Source: Thermoplasmatales archaeon (GTDB lineage Archaea > Thermoplasmatota > Thermoplasmata > Thermoplasmatales > Thermoplasmataceae). Taken from it: 64,000 nucleotides of DNA. Shown here piece by piece: positions 41,809 to 51,971 of this stretch. The notes under the pieces are model-generated. The model was not told the DNA's origin, ran no database searches, and saw only the letters and a list, made by a program, of their open reading frames with translations. Made by a program: the position numbers and the translations under genes. The stretch covers positions 72,138 to 136,137 of the forward strand of contig DAICVC010000011.1 of assembly GCA_027372655.1 (NCBI GenBank), written 5' to 3'. Position 1 is the stretch's first letter, and each line of letters begins with the position of its first letter.

Positions 41809-42417
41809 ATGGATAAAAAACTATATATAAGAGAAAATGAGGAAATCAAGAAAGTCCTTAAGGCATTAAAAATGGAATTTTTTGATTTAAAGGGAATAAA
41901 TAAAAATGACGAAGACAATCATTCTTTTTTATTTGAATTTGTACCTGTCGAACTGCCGCAAACAGCAAAATATGAAACCATAAATGCTTTTAAAACCGTG
42001 TTAGAGGGTGCGTGTGCACTAACCGATGGAACAAACTCAGAAAGAACAAAGGTTAGCGTGATTGAACTAGATGTTGATGAAGGAACCATCGAAAGTCATA
42101 GTTATATTATAACTCCAATAGAATTCAGTAATGGATTCTATAGTTTTACTCCCACGTTTTATTCATATTTTTTTGTTAGGTCCGCAACTTCATCAAAGAA
42201 GAATACTTATCAAGGCACTGGAACTGAAATACAGAAAGAAATACAACTTTTGATTGACAATAGAATACCGATTGTGCGACAGAAGTTCCTTCGTCTTAAC
42301 TCCATTAAAAGTGTTGAGGGCCTATTTTACGAATTGGGACCACTGGTTAGAATTTATTTTCCGCATTTTGAAGTTTACTCAAGAGATCTTAATGTGGATG
42401 ATAGGTTTATGGATTGA
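41809..42417 (+). CDS. Hypothetical protein
   Basis: 202-aa ORF, TTATATA box about 28 bp upstream of the ATG. Confidence 0.65.
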   Translation: MDKKLYIRENEEIKKVLKALKMEFFDLKGINKNDEDNHSFLFEFVPVELPQTAKYETINAFKTVLEGACALTDGTNSERTKVSVIELDVDEGTIESHSYIITPIEFSNGFYSFTPTFYSYFFVRSATSSKKNTYQGTGTEIQKEIQLLIDNRIPIVRQKFLRLNSIKSVEGLFYELGPLVRIYFPHFEVYSRDLNVDDRFMD

Positions 42418-42742
42418 ATTACCCATAATATTGGGGTAAAATGTATTCGTTTTTGATGAAAACAAGTTTAAAATTATCAATCCTGAACATTGGAATTACG
42501 ACGAATTATTACGGGGCATACTCCCAAATCAGATTAAGATCAATTCACCGCATGTCCTAAACATAAGAGCCTATATTGGGACATACAAAAAAGGTAATAA
42601 GAATCCCAACATAACTTTGGTACTCAAATTCTGGAATTACGTCCATGATCTTGTCCAGCATGACCATAGATTCCATTGGCAATTGAATGGTTCGCTATTT
42701 TAATTTTTTATCAGTCATGATTTGCGAGTTAAGATATCCGTA

Positions 42743-44413
42743 CTAGAATTTCCAACTCCATTTTTCTAATGCTTTTTGACATAATTCATTACTCCTTTCA
42801 TCTATCTCGTTAAAAGACCACATATCAAGACTGGCCAAATCGCTAGTTGATGCGAATTCGGATTTCATATAGTCCATTTTTTTAACTTCAAACAATTTGT
42901 TGGAGTCTCTCGCATTCCACTCATTTTTTATGATAGCTAAATTGCCTATTCGGTTCAAGTATTCTTCCCATATTGACTTAATCTCTTCGTTGTTTTTTCC
43001 AGTTTTTAGGCCTAAATAGGAGTACCACTCGGGGCTAAGGGTTTGTGGCATAATGTGTTCAGTTTGAATTACACTTAGGTCTGGAATGGTCTCGCCTGTA
43101 GGATCAGATAATTTCCAAAGTATATATTTGCTTCTTAATTCAGAAGGCTTTAAGGATCGAGTTTTAAAACTCCTTTCAAAGGAGATATTGTCTGCTTCAA
43201 GCTTGAGTTCTTTTGTAAACCTTTCGTTAACTAGATTTACTAAGTTATTCAGATTACTCTCACTGATCTCATTTGAGAGTTCATTGTAAATTTGATCAAG
43301 TTTTGAAGTAGTTTTTCCGCAGATTCCCCACCTGATGTGAAACGTTTCAACCATTCGCAGAACTTCTATAATTTGTGGTTTTTGGCATTTTCCTTCTTCC
43401 AAAAAGGCGAATAATTTCATCAGAAGGATATAGCTTGGTCCAACCTCAACCATGGCAAGATTTGAAAGTGCATTGTTTACTTTTTCATCTCCGAAACTTT
43501 CACTGATTATCTTTTCGTAAATTGAAGCTTTGTAATTGATATCCTTCACAAATTCAACAAGATCACCTACCTCAAGATCTTGTACCTTTGTCTTAATTGT
43601 TTCATAAAGTCTAGTTTCCGTGATCTTTCCTTTGTAATTAGACATTGTATACCTTCTAAGAAACTGGACTGGGTCACTTTTCCCTAGCTTCTGATATATC
43701 TCGTTCCAATTTTCAATTGTTTGGTTGATAATTTCTTCTTTTGCGTTTTCAGAAGTCAGATGCATCAATATAAAATTCTTGATTAGGTCTATAGCTGATA
43801 ATTCCAACCCGCGATCATTTAAAGTTTCAAACAATCTAAATGCGTTGACGTAGCTCATGGCATTTATGTGAATAAGGTATATATTGTCAAGCAATCTATC
43901 CATCAGATCAGAGTCGTAGGTTTGTTTTTTGAAAAATTTATAACAATCTGTAATCAGATTCTCTTGCGCATTCTTCTGGCGTTTTAATATTTTAACGAAG
44001 GCGATATTATCACGAAGTCCAAGAGTAATCTTCGGAATCGATATTGGTTCATTTCGTTCGAATTCCTTAGAAAATAAAAATGTTTCATCTATGTAATTAG
44101 CCTTTTTCTCATTACCTTTCTCTAGTTCTAAATCCCTGATCGCGGAAAACCAAATTAAAAGTGTAGTTAGTCTTTGCTGGCCGTCAACCACTTCAAAATA
44201 GTTTACTCCAGCATGATGTTTACCTTGCGGCACAACAACAATTGAACCAAGAAAAAGTTCTTGGTCATTCAGACCTTTCACATCATCGATTAGGTCTTGC
44301 CATTGTTCTTCTTTCCATGCGTATGGTCTTTGATACAAAGGTACTTTATACGCGGTCTGGGCAGGCATAAGTAACGTTCTAATACTCATATCTGTGGGAT
44401 CAATGAATGACAT
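42743..44413 (-). CDS. GmrSD-family (DUF262 + DUF1524 HNH) modification-dependent restriction protein
   Basis: VPLYQRPYAW, VVDGQQRLTT, FETLNDRGLEL, EHIMPQ, IGNL; intact. Confidence 0.88.
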   Translation of the reverse strand: MSFIDPTDMSIRTLLMPAQTAYKVPLYQRPYAWKEEQWQDLIDDVKGLNDQELFLGSIVVVPQGKHHAGVNYFEVVDGQQRLTTLLIWFSAIRDLELEKGNEKKANYIDETFLFSKEFERNEPISIPKITLGLRDNIAFVKILKRQKNAQENLITDCYKFFKKQTYDSDLMDRLLDNIYLIHINAMSYVNAFRLFETLNDRGLELSAIDLIKNFILMHLTSENAKEEIINQTIENWNEIYQKLGKSDPVQFLRRYTMSNYKGKITETRLYETIKTKVQDLEVGDLVEFVKDINYKASIYEKIISESFGDEKVNNALSNLAMVEVGPSYILLMKLFAFLEEGKCQKPQIIEVLRMVETFHIRWGICGKTTSKLDQIYNELSNEISESNLNNLVNLVNERFTKELKLEADNISFERSFKTRSLKPSELRSKYILWKLSDPTGETIPDLSVIQTEHIMPQTLSPEWYSYLGLKTGKNNEEIKSIWEEYLNRIGNLAIIKNEWNARDSNKLFEVKKMDYMKSEFASTSDLASLDMWSFNEIDERSNELCQKALEKWSWKF

Positions 44414-44661
44414 TATTTAGACACCAGCAAGTATAAACGTAATTGGTTAAATAGGTTTTCCCTACGCTTTCTTTTGGTCGGTTAGGTATTATAATGATAA
44501 GCGTATCTAATTTTGATCGTTACAAGACAACCGCGGAAATAAACGATCAACAGCATAACAAAGAGAACGCGTCATTAGTTTCAGGGGATAATATTTGATT
44601 TATCACCGAGAAAAGGCGCAGTTTACATATTCATCAACTTCCCGTCACTAATGGAAATGAA

Positions 44662-45281
44662 TAAAAAAGAATTTCGGATGAGGATATTCTTAAACAATAT
44701 GCAAATCTTTCGCGAAAGAAAATTAGGGGACTATTCCCCTCTGGAAAAAATGGCACAACCATAGTCATTGGAACAATATTTGTTAGCTTAAATGGGGAAC
44801 CAGTTTTGAGTCAGGCAACACTTTTCGTTAACTCTCTAAAAAAGTATGATGCATTTGGCACACTCAAGAATATAAGAAAGGACTTCAAAACTAAACTTTT
44901 TGAGACTTTTCTCAAAGAGAGTAAAGAAAAAAACAAACTTGGTCAATATCTCACGCCTCGTAAAGTTGTAAAAGCCATTGTGAACATGGCAGGCGCCGAC
45001 AAGTTACCAGATGGAACAAAAATTTGCGATCCGTTCTGCGGGTAGGAGGATTTATAGCGGAGTCTATTCAGAATCCAATTAGAAAGAGAGGCTTTGTGCC
45101 TAAAGATGAAAAAATTTCAGCGATTATAGTATACAAGGAATATGATAAAAGCACTGATGAAGAAGAGGAAAGAACAATAATACTAGCAAAAGCTAACTTC
45201 ATCGTGTATCTTTCAAACATTATAGAGAAGAATCCTACCCTAACAGATGAGTATTCAAGAGTAGTGAGTGGATATCTTTAA
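44662..45281 (+). pseudogene. HsdM-like N6-adenine methyltransferase fragment
   Basis: LGQYLTPRKVV, DPFCG then frameshift to VGGF; truncated at both ends. Confidence 0.75.
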
Positions 45282-45505
45282 TCTGTTTCAGGATGAAAAC
45301 CTTTGCACGTTTAAAAGTATCATAAAAAATGAGACATAAAAATTTAATCTTTATCAGCAATTCACTGAAGAAATTTCTTTCTTGTCATGTTAAAATTATG
45401 TATGTTTCGCTATATATTATCTTGCACTATATGGAAAAGTATACATTTCTCTTGGCAAATATATTTAAACCATCTATAATATATTTCAATCCGAAATATC
45501 TGTTA

Positions 45506-46259
45506 ATGACTACGATACAGGATTCAAAATAGAGGATATAAGTGTAAAAAGACTAAAGGTAATTTCCCGCATCCTTATTGATAAATTAAACAGTGTTTCC
45601 ATATTTTTCGTAAAAGAAGAAACCATGGGCAAACATTGCAGCAGTACATGCTTGTGAAGATTGTGCTGTGCTGAAATTATGCACGGTTATGAAATGGAAT
45701 CAATGGAAGATAGGCATCATTATCCAAGTGATGAAAAGATTAGATCTTTGATGGATAGGATTGGAGGGTATATGGATAAAAGCATTGCAACTGGCTGTTA
45801 TATTTCTCAAGGAGATGAAATATGTGATGAGTCGCACATCCTGATATGCTAGGAAAGGATCAAGAACAGGACAGAAAAACAATTCAAAAATCTTCTATTG
45901 GAGACAATCCTTCATGAACTATCACATGCATATTTTTCAAGTGGACACGGCTTGAAAGACTTAAGTACACACATAATCGAAGAGACATTTTGTAAAGCCT
46001 ATGCTTTTTCGAAATTTGACGATAGTGGTGATCTGTATGAGATAATGTCTGATAAATGGAGACCTCCAGAATATACTGCTTTCAAATTTTGGATGGAGAT
46101 TTTAAGACTTGTTCCTTTTTCGTATTAATGATTGAGCGAAAAGCTAAAGATTATTTTAGTTTCAGAAATATGATGGAGCTAGGATTTTATCGTTTGAATT
46201 TTATGTATAATGATTTGGAAATGAAAAGAGTTGCAGTAACAATTCTGAGATTTTCCTGA
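45506..46259 (+). pseudogene. Fragmented HExxH zinc-metalloprotease-like gene
   Basis: ILHELSHAYF...IEETFC in one fragment; several stops and frameshifts. Confidence 0.5.
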
Positions 46260-46691
46260 GCATTTCGACAGGACTGGAGTAAGTTTACTGACAATGAGAT
46301 TTCTCATTGGAAATATAAGTTTCATCTCACATTATAATACAATAAGTATTCGGTTCTTTTGCCCCGCAAGTTGGTGAAACAGTTATAAGGGTAAGTAACA
46401 TGATAATCAGGATGTTCAATGAAGAGACTCTTACTTCCTCTGATTTCAGCGGTAAGAAAATAACCTATGCAAAGGCAGACTCTTATAGAAGGGAAAGAGT
46501 GATGAGACAGTGATAAATTGTTGATTTATCACTATTCTTCAACGAATTATTGATCGATTTGATATTTATTGCAATAGATCGGCGAGGATTGGGTGGATAT
46601 TAGAAAAACTCACATGAAAGTACGAAGAACTGTAATTAATTATTGTCATGATTAGTAATAATGTTTATATCATTCTTATACTTCATAACTT

Positions 46692-46934
46692 ATGGAAAAC
46701 ATAACACTAACACCTGAACAGGTTAAGACTTTCAGGAAATTTAGTGATAATTTTGAAAGTTATAACCGCATGTATAACGATATAAAGTCTCACGTTGGAG
46801 AATACGTATCAATTTCAGAAGGGAAGATCTTGGAATATGCCAAAACAAGAGAGAAACTGGTAAACAAATACAAAGATGTTCCTGGAGTTTTTATTGAAAT
46901 GATTACTGACAGCAATTTATATTGGATTCTCTAA
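46692..46934 (+). CDS. Small DUF5678-like protein
   Basis: GEYVSISEGKILEYAKTREKL pattern; TTTATA box upstream. Confidence 0.65.
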   Translation: MENITLTPEQVKTFRKFSDNFESYNRMYNDIKSHVGEYVSISEGKILEYAKTREKLVNKYKDVPGVFIEMITDSNLYWIL

Positions 46935-46938
46935 TTTT

Positions 46939-47442
46939 ATGTCCAAAATACTCTTAAGATGGGATGTAAGCAAGAACCTTTTTTCACTACCAGTTCATTT
47001 GCAGATAAGGCAGAGCGCGATGATGGAACCTATTGCAACGTCTTACTGTGATGTAAAGATGTACTTGGACACGGGATCTTCATTAACATCCATTAATGAG
47101 AAAGTCGCGACTGACTTAGGAATAAATCTTCATGGTCTTGATACTCAAAGCATTGGTGGAATAGGTGCCATTAAGAATACACCTATTTTTAGAAACGTGT
47201 CTCTTTACTTTTTGCTTGAAGGTGGGACCCCCCACGGCGTTACATTAGAAAAAATTGCCATTCATCCGGACAAGATATCGGATGTAAAACATAAGAATGA
47301 TAAAAATCTCAAGCGCAAAGTCACAACTAGTTTTGAAATGGTATCTCTTTTTGGAATAGATGCTCTCGAGAAGATCGGAGGGGAACTTGTAATCAATGCT
47401 AAAAATAAAAGTGGATATATTGATTTGAACCCTGTACATTAA
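46939..47442 (+). CDS. Retropepsin-like (clan AA) aspartyl protease
   Basis: LDTGSS catalytic motif, IGGIG flap, SLFGID motif. Confidence 0.8.
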   Translation: MSKILLRWDVSKNLFSLPVHLQIRQSAMMEPIATSYCDVKMYLDTGSSLTSINEKVATDLGINLHGLDTQSIGGIGAIKNTPIFRNVSLYFLLEGGTPHGVTLEKIAIHPDKISDVKHKNDKNLKRKVTTSFEMVSLFGIDALEKIGGELVINAKNKSGYIDLNPVH

Positions 47443-47744
47443 AGATATTGACTCATTGGGCCTAAGGATCCTTGTTCTCATTTCGGTGAGGTTAGGTTTG
47501 GGCATTTCAGTTTTAGGATCCATGTGCTCTATAACGATGGGTCCCATGTTTAGTTTAAGTTTAATTGGACTTAAACTTTTTTGATCCAAATCAATGAGAA
47601 CTCCTCATCATTCTCTCGAAAATATACCTAAAAGGTTTAAGTCCTAGAGTAAGAGTTAAACCTAGGTTTCATTAATACCCAATAGCGTTTAAACCGATAA
47701 CTGGAAAATCTAAAATATAATATCAATCCAAATTATATAGCAAC

Positions 47745-48479
47745 ATGGATGAATCTAAAGAGTATTTAGAATGGATTCACGAATCTGAATCTGATCTTTT
47801 GGACTTTGAAACACACTATGAACGAAAAGAATACCATAGAAGTCTATATTTCCTTCAGCAAGCATGCGAAAAGTTGGCCAAGGCAACATTATTAAAAATA
47901 AAACTTTCTTCAAATTCACAAATTGGACTGTTTTTAAAAAAATTTGGCATACCAATATTGACATCAAAAAGCTATACACACAATTGGAGAAAAAATTTGC
48001 TAGTTCAACTTGAAGACTTCACCAATAATTACTCATTCATATTCAATGATGTAAAAGTCCCTTTTTTTGGTGACATAAAAACTTTTTTCCAAAAGGCCAA
48101 GAAAATGCAAGACAATCGGAATCCATCAAAAGATGAAATGTATGAAATCATGATGTTTTGCGAGAAAATGTTTGAAATTAAAGAAACAAAAGAATTTACA
48201 GATGAACTTGAATCGAAACTAAAACCTTTAATACCTTTTTTTAGTACGATGAGTAATCTTGGTTCACATATACAAGAGTCTGATGATACAATTAAAACAC
48301 TAATGGATCTAATATCAAGTGCGTTTCCCCTTGTCGTTTTAATGATGTTAAGTACCTTGTTAACCCCATTTGAAGAATCTCGATATCCCAATAATACAAA
48401 CATAGACACTTTTATTCCGTATTTGGAAGATATCCGCAATATATTAGAACGATGTAAACTGAAAATAACGAATGAGTAA
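47745..48479 (+). CDS. HEPN domain protein
   Basis: LYFLQQACEKLAKA, YTHN, SRYP classic HEPN motifs with a long helical insert. Confidence 0.8.
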   Translation: MDESKEYLEWIHESESDLLDFETHYERKEYHRSLYFLQQACEKLAKATLLKIKLSSNSQIGLFLKKFGIPILTSKSYTHNWRKNLLVQLEDFTNNYSFIFNDVKVPFFGDIKTFFQKAKKMQDNRNPSKDEMYEIMMFCEKMFEIKETKEFTDELESKLKPLIPFFSTMSNLGSHIQESDDTIKTLMDLISSAFPLVVLMMLSTLLTPFEESRYPNNTNIDTFIPYLEDIRNILERCKLKITNE

Positions 48480-48798
48480 AAGAATGCAAGAATTAATTCT
48501 TGTTACTCCAGTAACATAAAATAAAAACCTCAAACTAATGCGATCAGTATATAGACCTCGTGAAAAGCACGGACGGGATGAGTATCTGGAATTAAATTAC
48601 TGCATTACCTAAAATTTTAAATTTAGCGATTAAAACCTCTAATTTTCTTATTCTCTGGGACACATTCATTATCCGCCATTCTTGGAGGGCTGTTAATGGC
48701 TTTCTAAATTAGCGGTGAATATTAATAATCACTTAATTTGCATAGAAAAGTGGAAATCTCTCGATTTAAACTAGTAAAGAAAATGGAAATTGTTATTT

Positions 48799-48921
48799 TC
48801 AGATGAGGCCAAAAGCGTATGCGAGTAAAAGGGCCCCGCTAGCCATCATGATATATGAAATGGCAAGGTTAAATTTACTTCTTTTGTCTCTTCTGTAGGT
48901 TCTGTACACAGTCATCAATCT
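48799..48921 (-). CDS. Tiny membrane protein
   Basis: MRLMTVYRTYRRDKRSKFNLAISYIMMASGALLLAYAFGLI; single TM. Confidence 0.35.
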   Translation of the reverse strand, partial: RLMTVYRTYRRDKRSKFNLAISYIMMASGALLLAYAFGLI

Positions 48922-48928
48922 CATTTTT

Positions 48929-49165
48929 CTATATATTATTTTCTCCCTTTTCTTCTTCGTGCAGATATATGGCAACTCCTCCGCTGAATAATGCAACCCC
49001 AATCCATATGACTCCTGCCATTAATTTGGTGAAGCCAAACAGATCTATTTTACCATTCGTAGCTGGTATGGAGAATACTTCAAATGCTGCAAGCAGGGAG
49101 AGGAGAGAAAGACTCCCAAGGACATGCTTCAGTTTCACGTGGAATCCATATGACGTCCTGCTCAT
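48929..49165 (-). CDS. Small two-TM membrane protein
   Basis: Two hydrophobic helices, 78 aa. Confidence 0.5.
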   Translation of the reverse strand: MSRTSYGFHVKLKHVLGSLSLLSLLAAFEVFSIPATNGKIDLFGFTKLMAGVIWIGVALFSGGVAIYLHEEEKGENNI

Positions 49166-49215
49166 GCTGCCCTTTTTAAAGCTTCAAATATTATAAGAGA
49201 CGAATTTTTTTCCTA

Positions 49216-49458
49216 TCAGGGGGTTTCTGATAACCCCTCCAACTCTGAAATATCCGAAATTAAAACCAATGAATCTGGCACAACTGCCTTCACTTCATCA
49301 TAGTGCAAATTACTCTCCCCATCAGGAGACTTTACATAACTTCCATTTAATTTTATTAACCCAGATTTTTCAATATCAAAACCTAGACCTTCCAAAACTT
49401 CCTTCTTCCCTATTCCAGACACTGATAACCAAACTGTTTCGTTTCCCGTTATAACCAC
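49216..49458 (-). CDS. Small hypothetical protein
   Basis: 80-aa ORF co-oriented with the downstream small membrane genes. Confidence 0.5.
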   Translation of the reverse strand: MVITGNETVWLSVSGIGKKEVLEGLGFDIEKSGLIKLNGSYVKSPDGESNLHYDEVKAVVPDSLVLISDISELEGLSETP

Positions 49459-49873
49459 CTTATTGTCTTAAAGTTATTCCTATTGTCTCCCATATGCCTG
49501 ACATCTCTATATTATTCTCAATCAACTTAAACGTTTTCTTTAATATAGTTTAAAATTAGCCCAACAGCATACATTAAACCTAATGCCCCCCCATAATCAT
49601 GAAAGCATAACCCACATCAGTTGAAGATTTAACTTTCTCTTATTTGAATGCATAATAATATCAATGGATTGTTGCTATTTATTCTTTTCTTCCTCATCAA
49701 GCACTTCAGCTATTCAACCAAGAAAATGTTTCATCTTCAGGTGGAATTATAGGACAAGCTGCTCATGCTAAAGCTTTCATTTTCACCCTTGATTTTCTAC
49801 CATTTTAATTTCCTCTTTTTAGTCTTCTAAATTTTTTTTCCTTAAATTTCCATGTATCCTGATCTCCTTGCTT

Positions 49874-50640
49874 TTACCACCACGATATTCTCGCTAGGGC
49901 GTTGAGTATATCCTTCTGTTTCCTTGTTCTCTCCAGTTCCCTCAGAATGCCATTCTGATCCTCGATCATATGCAACTTCTCCAGTTCAAGGAGCATCCTC
50001 TCCACTGAGTATTTATCATTAAGGTGCGATGATTGAATTCCCCTCAGCAATCCCGATCTTATTATGAGCGATACAAAGAAGACGAACAGCACTCCCCAGA
50101 TGGTGGATTCTTTGTTATCTCCCAATGGAAATATGTCCATATCCGTCTTCAGCACCCTGAATACTTTCTCAATGGTATCACGTTGCCTGTGAATAGAAAG
50201 GCACTCCGACGAGGAATATTCCCTCCTGTAACCCAGCATGAATCGTGCCATTCTGTTCTCCGCAGCGGAGATGGCGTTGTCCCTTGCCTTCGTAACGATC
50301 CTTCCGTCCACAATGCTGTATGTGATGTACCTGCCATAGGAGTCCGCGACGTTCTCTATTACTGTACTAATGCTTTTGCTGACCTGGAGACTCTCGATCC
50401 GGGGACTCTTCCCCCTCAGTCTTTGATGGAAATCCGATCTCTCATCTGCTTCTCTCCTTGGATCGTGAAATAAATATCCCGTGAGATTGAGTTCTGCGAC
50501 AATGGCCTCTCGATCTTTGATATCGCGAGGGAGAGCATACGGTAGCTCTCATCTTCCGTCAGGTATGATTTCAGCATGTCCATGGGCCAATGCCATCGAC
50601 TATGTTCATGCGGGAAATGAATGGTCCGCTCAAATTTTTT
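49874..50640 (-). mobile_element. IS1634-family transposase remnant (internally deleted, frameshifted)
   Basis: RQRDTIEKVFRVLKTDMDIFPL...GVLFVFFVSLII C-terminal pattern; upstream fragments MLKSYLTEDESYRMLSLAISKI; visibly higher GC. Confidence 0.7.
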
Positions 50641-50715
50641 ACTGCAATAGTATATTCAGTTATAAGACTCGTAGAAGCTTTTAATAACTTCAATAAAATC
50701 TGATTATAGGGAATT

Positions 50716-51075
50716 GTGATGGAAATTGAAGTAAATGAAGAAATTTTTGCTGCTTTATTAAAAGACATTAAAAGATTAAAACCTAAGTCTAAAGAAATAA
50801 GGTTAGGTAGTAAATTTACTCTAATTTTCAGGTATTGCATGGTAGAAATAGGTGACACAATACGTGATGAGGTTCAACTCACAAAAATAGAAGATAACGT
50901 TAAGCCGGAAGATGTGAAATCTATAGTTTTTGATGTAAGAGGTTTAGACAGAGACTATATAACTCAAGTAAGCATAAGTAGAGAGGAAAATAAATTTATG
51001 GCTTATATTCTCCCAGATCGTGATGAAAAGGATTTAAAATCTCTATGGGTGAACCTCAACAGTGTCGAAGCATGA
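50716..51075 (+). CDS. Hypothetical protein
   Basis: 119-aa intact ORF overlapping the next gene. Confidence 0.6.
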   Translation: MMEIEVNEEIFAALLKDIKRLKPKSKEIRLGSKFTLIFRYCMVEIGDTIRDEVQLTKIEDNVKPEDVKSIVFDVRGLDRDYITQVSISREENKFMAYILPDRDEKDLKSLWVNLNSVEA

Positions 51076-51640
51076 AAAATTTGTAATAAACGTTGAGAAG
51101 ATCCCATACCTTAACGCCATCTTACTTGTTATATCCTTCGTTATATTCACTGGGTCTTTTTTTGAATCGGGAATAATTTTCAGAGGAATTTTTATAATAA
51201 TTGATGCCATTGTACTATTATTAAGTGTTTTTATAACATTTTCTACTCATTATAGAAAGCTATTCATTGCTTATCCTCAGAAAATCGCCGATTTGGAAGA
51301 TGATAAAAGAATAGAAATTTTTCCATATATAATGGAATCTAAGCGGGTAAAAACTTTTTATTTAAGTAAAATCAAACTCAAAGAATCCCACAATTATGAA
51401 ATAGTTGATGTGTTTTACTTGGCAAGAAAACTTAATCTGGTTCAACCTTCGCAAGGAAAAAGTGAACAAGAAAAAGTATACGTGGTAAATGAAGTCTGTG
51501 ACAATGATGCTAAATTTTTTGTTCAAATTCAAAACAACACAACTCAAGTAAATTCAAGATTTCTTGAGTTCACCATATATTATGGAAATGAAAAAGAGAC
51601 AAAATTCTTCAATTTTATAGAGACTCATAGAATAGACTAA
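51062..51640 (+). CDS. Hypothetical protein with two N-terminal TM helices
   Basis: Two TM helices then soluble beta-rich domain; overlaps previous ORF. Confidence 0.6.
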   Translation: MSKHEKFVINVEKIPYLNAILLVISFVIFTGSFFESGIIFRGIFIIIDAIVLLLSVFITFSTHYRKLFIAYPQKIADLEDDKRIEIFPYIMESKRVKTFYLSKIKLKESHNYEIVDVFYLARKLNLVQPSQGKSEQEKVYVVNEVCDNDAKFFVQIQNNTTQVNSRFLEFTIYYGNEKETKFFNFIETHRID

Positions 51641-51852
51641 TGAAATTTTAAGGGTTCCAAACTTCCACCAATATACGCATTCCCATTTATCCTCCTTTAA
51701 AGGACAGATTATATAAAAACAGTAAAGATCTCTATAGGGAACATTGAATAATTATTTACTCTAAAATATATTATTAAATCCCATACCTTAGTTTATAAAT
51801 AAAGATTCCTAACTGGCTGTTCCGAAGTATCAGATTAGAACAAGTATATCTG

Positions 51853-51933
51853 CGCCGCGGGAGAGATTCGAACTCCCGATCCACAAGGGAACCAGATCTC
51901 AAGTCTGGCGCCGTACCACTGGGCCACCGCGGC
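51853..51933 (-). tRNA. tRNA-Ser (TGA)
   Basis: GCCGCGG/CCGCGGC acceptor, CCAGA-CTTGAGA-TCTGG anticodon arm, long variable arm, GTTCGAATC T arm, G discriminator. Confidence 0.93.
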
Positions 51934-51971
51934 ATATGAAAATATCTATCAAGTAGAAATGTTTAAAAAAA

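Larger units (their letters stand above)
37600..51852. mobile_element. Decayed genomic/defence island adjacent to 3' end of tRNA-Ser
   Basis: Abrupt change to RM, HEPN, IS, pseudogene and orphan content between housekeeping blocks; tRNA 3' end faces the island; no integrase or att duplicate seen. Confidence 0.65.

Noticed and set aside
47245-47589. Minus-strand 114-aa ORF as a peptide precursor for the protease
   Set aside because: Mostly antisense to the protease gene, with no clear start signals or recognisable motif
47633-47663. Inverted repeat AGGTTTAA...TTAAACCT
   Set aside because: Short AT-rich palindrome that is plausible by chance; no associated element
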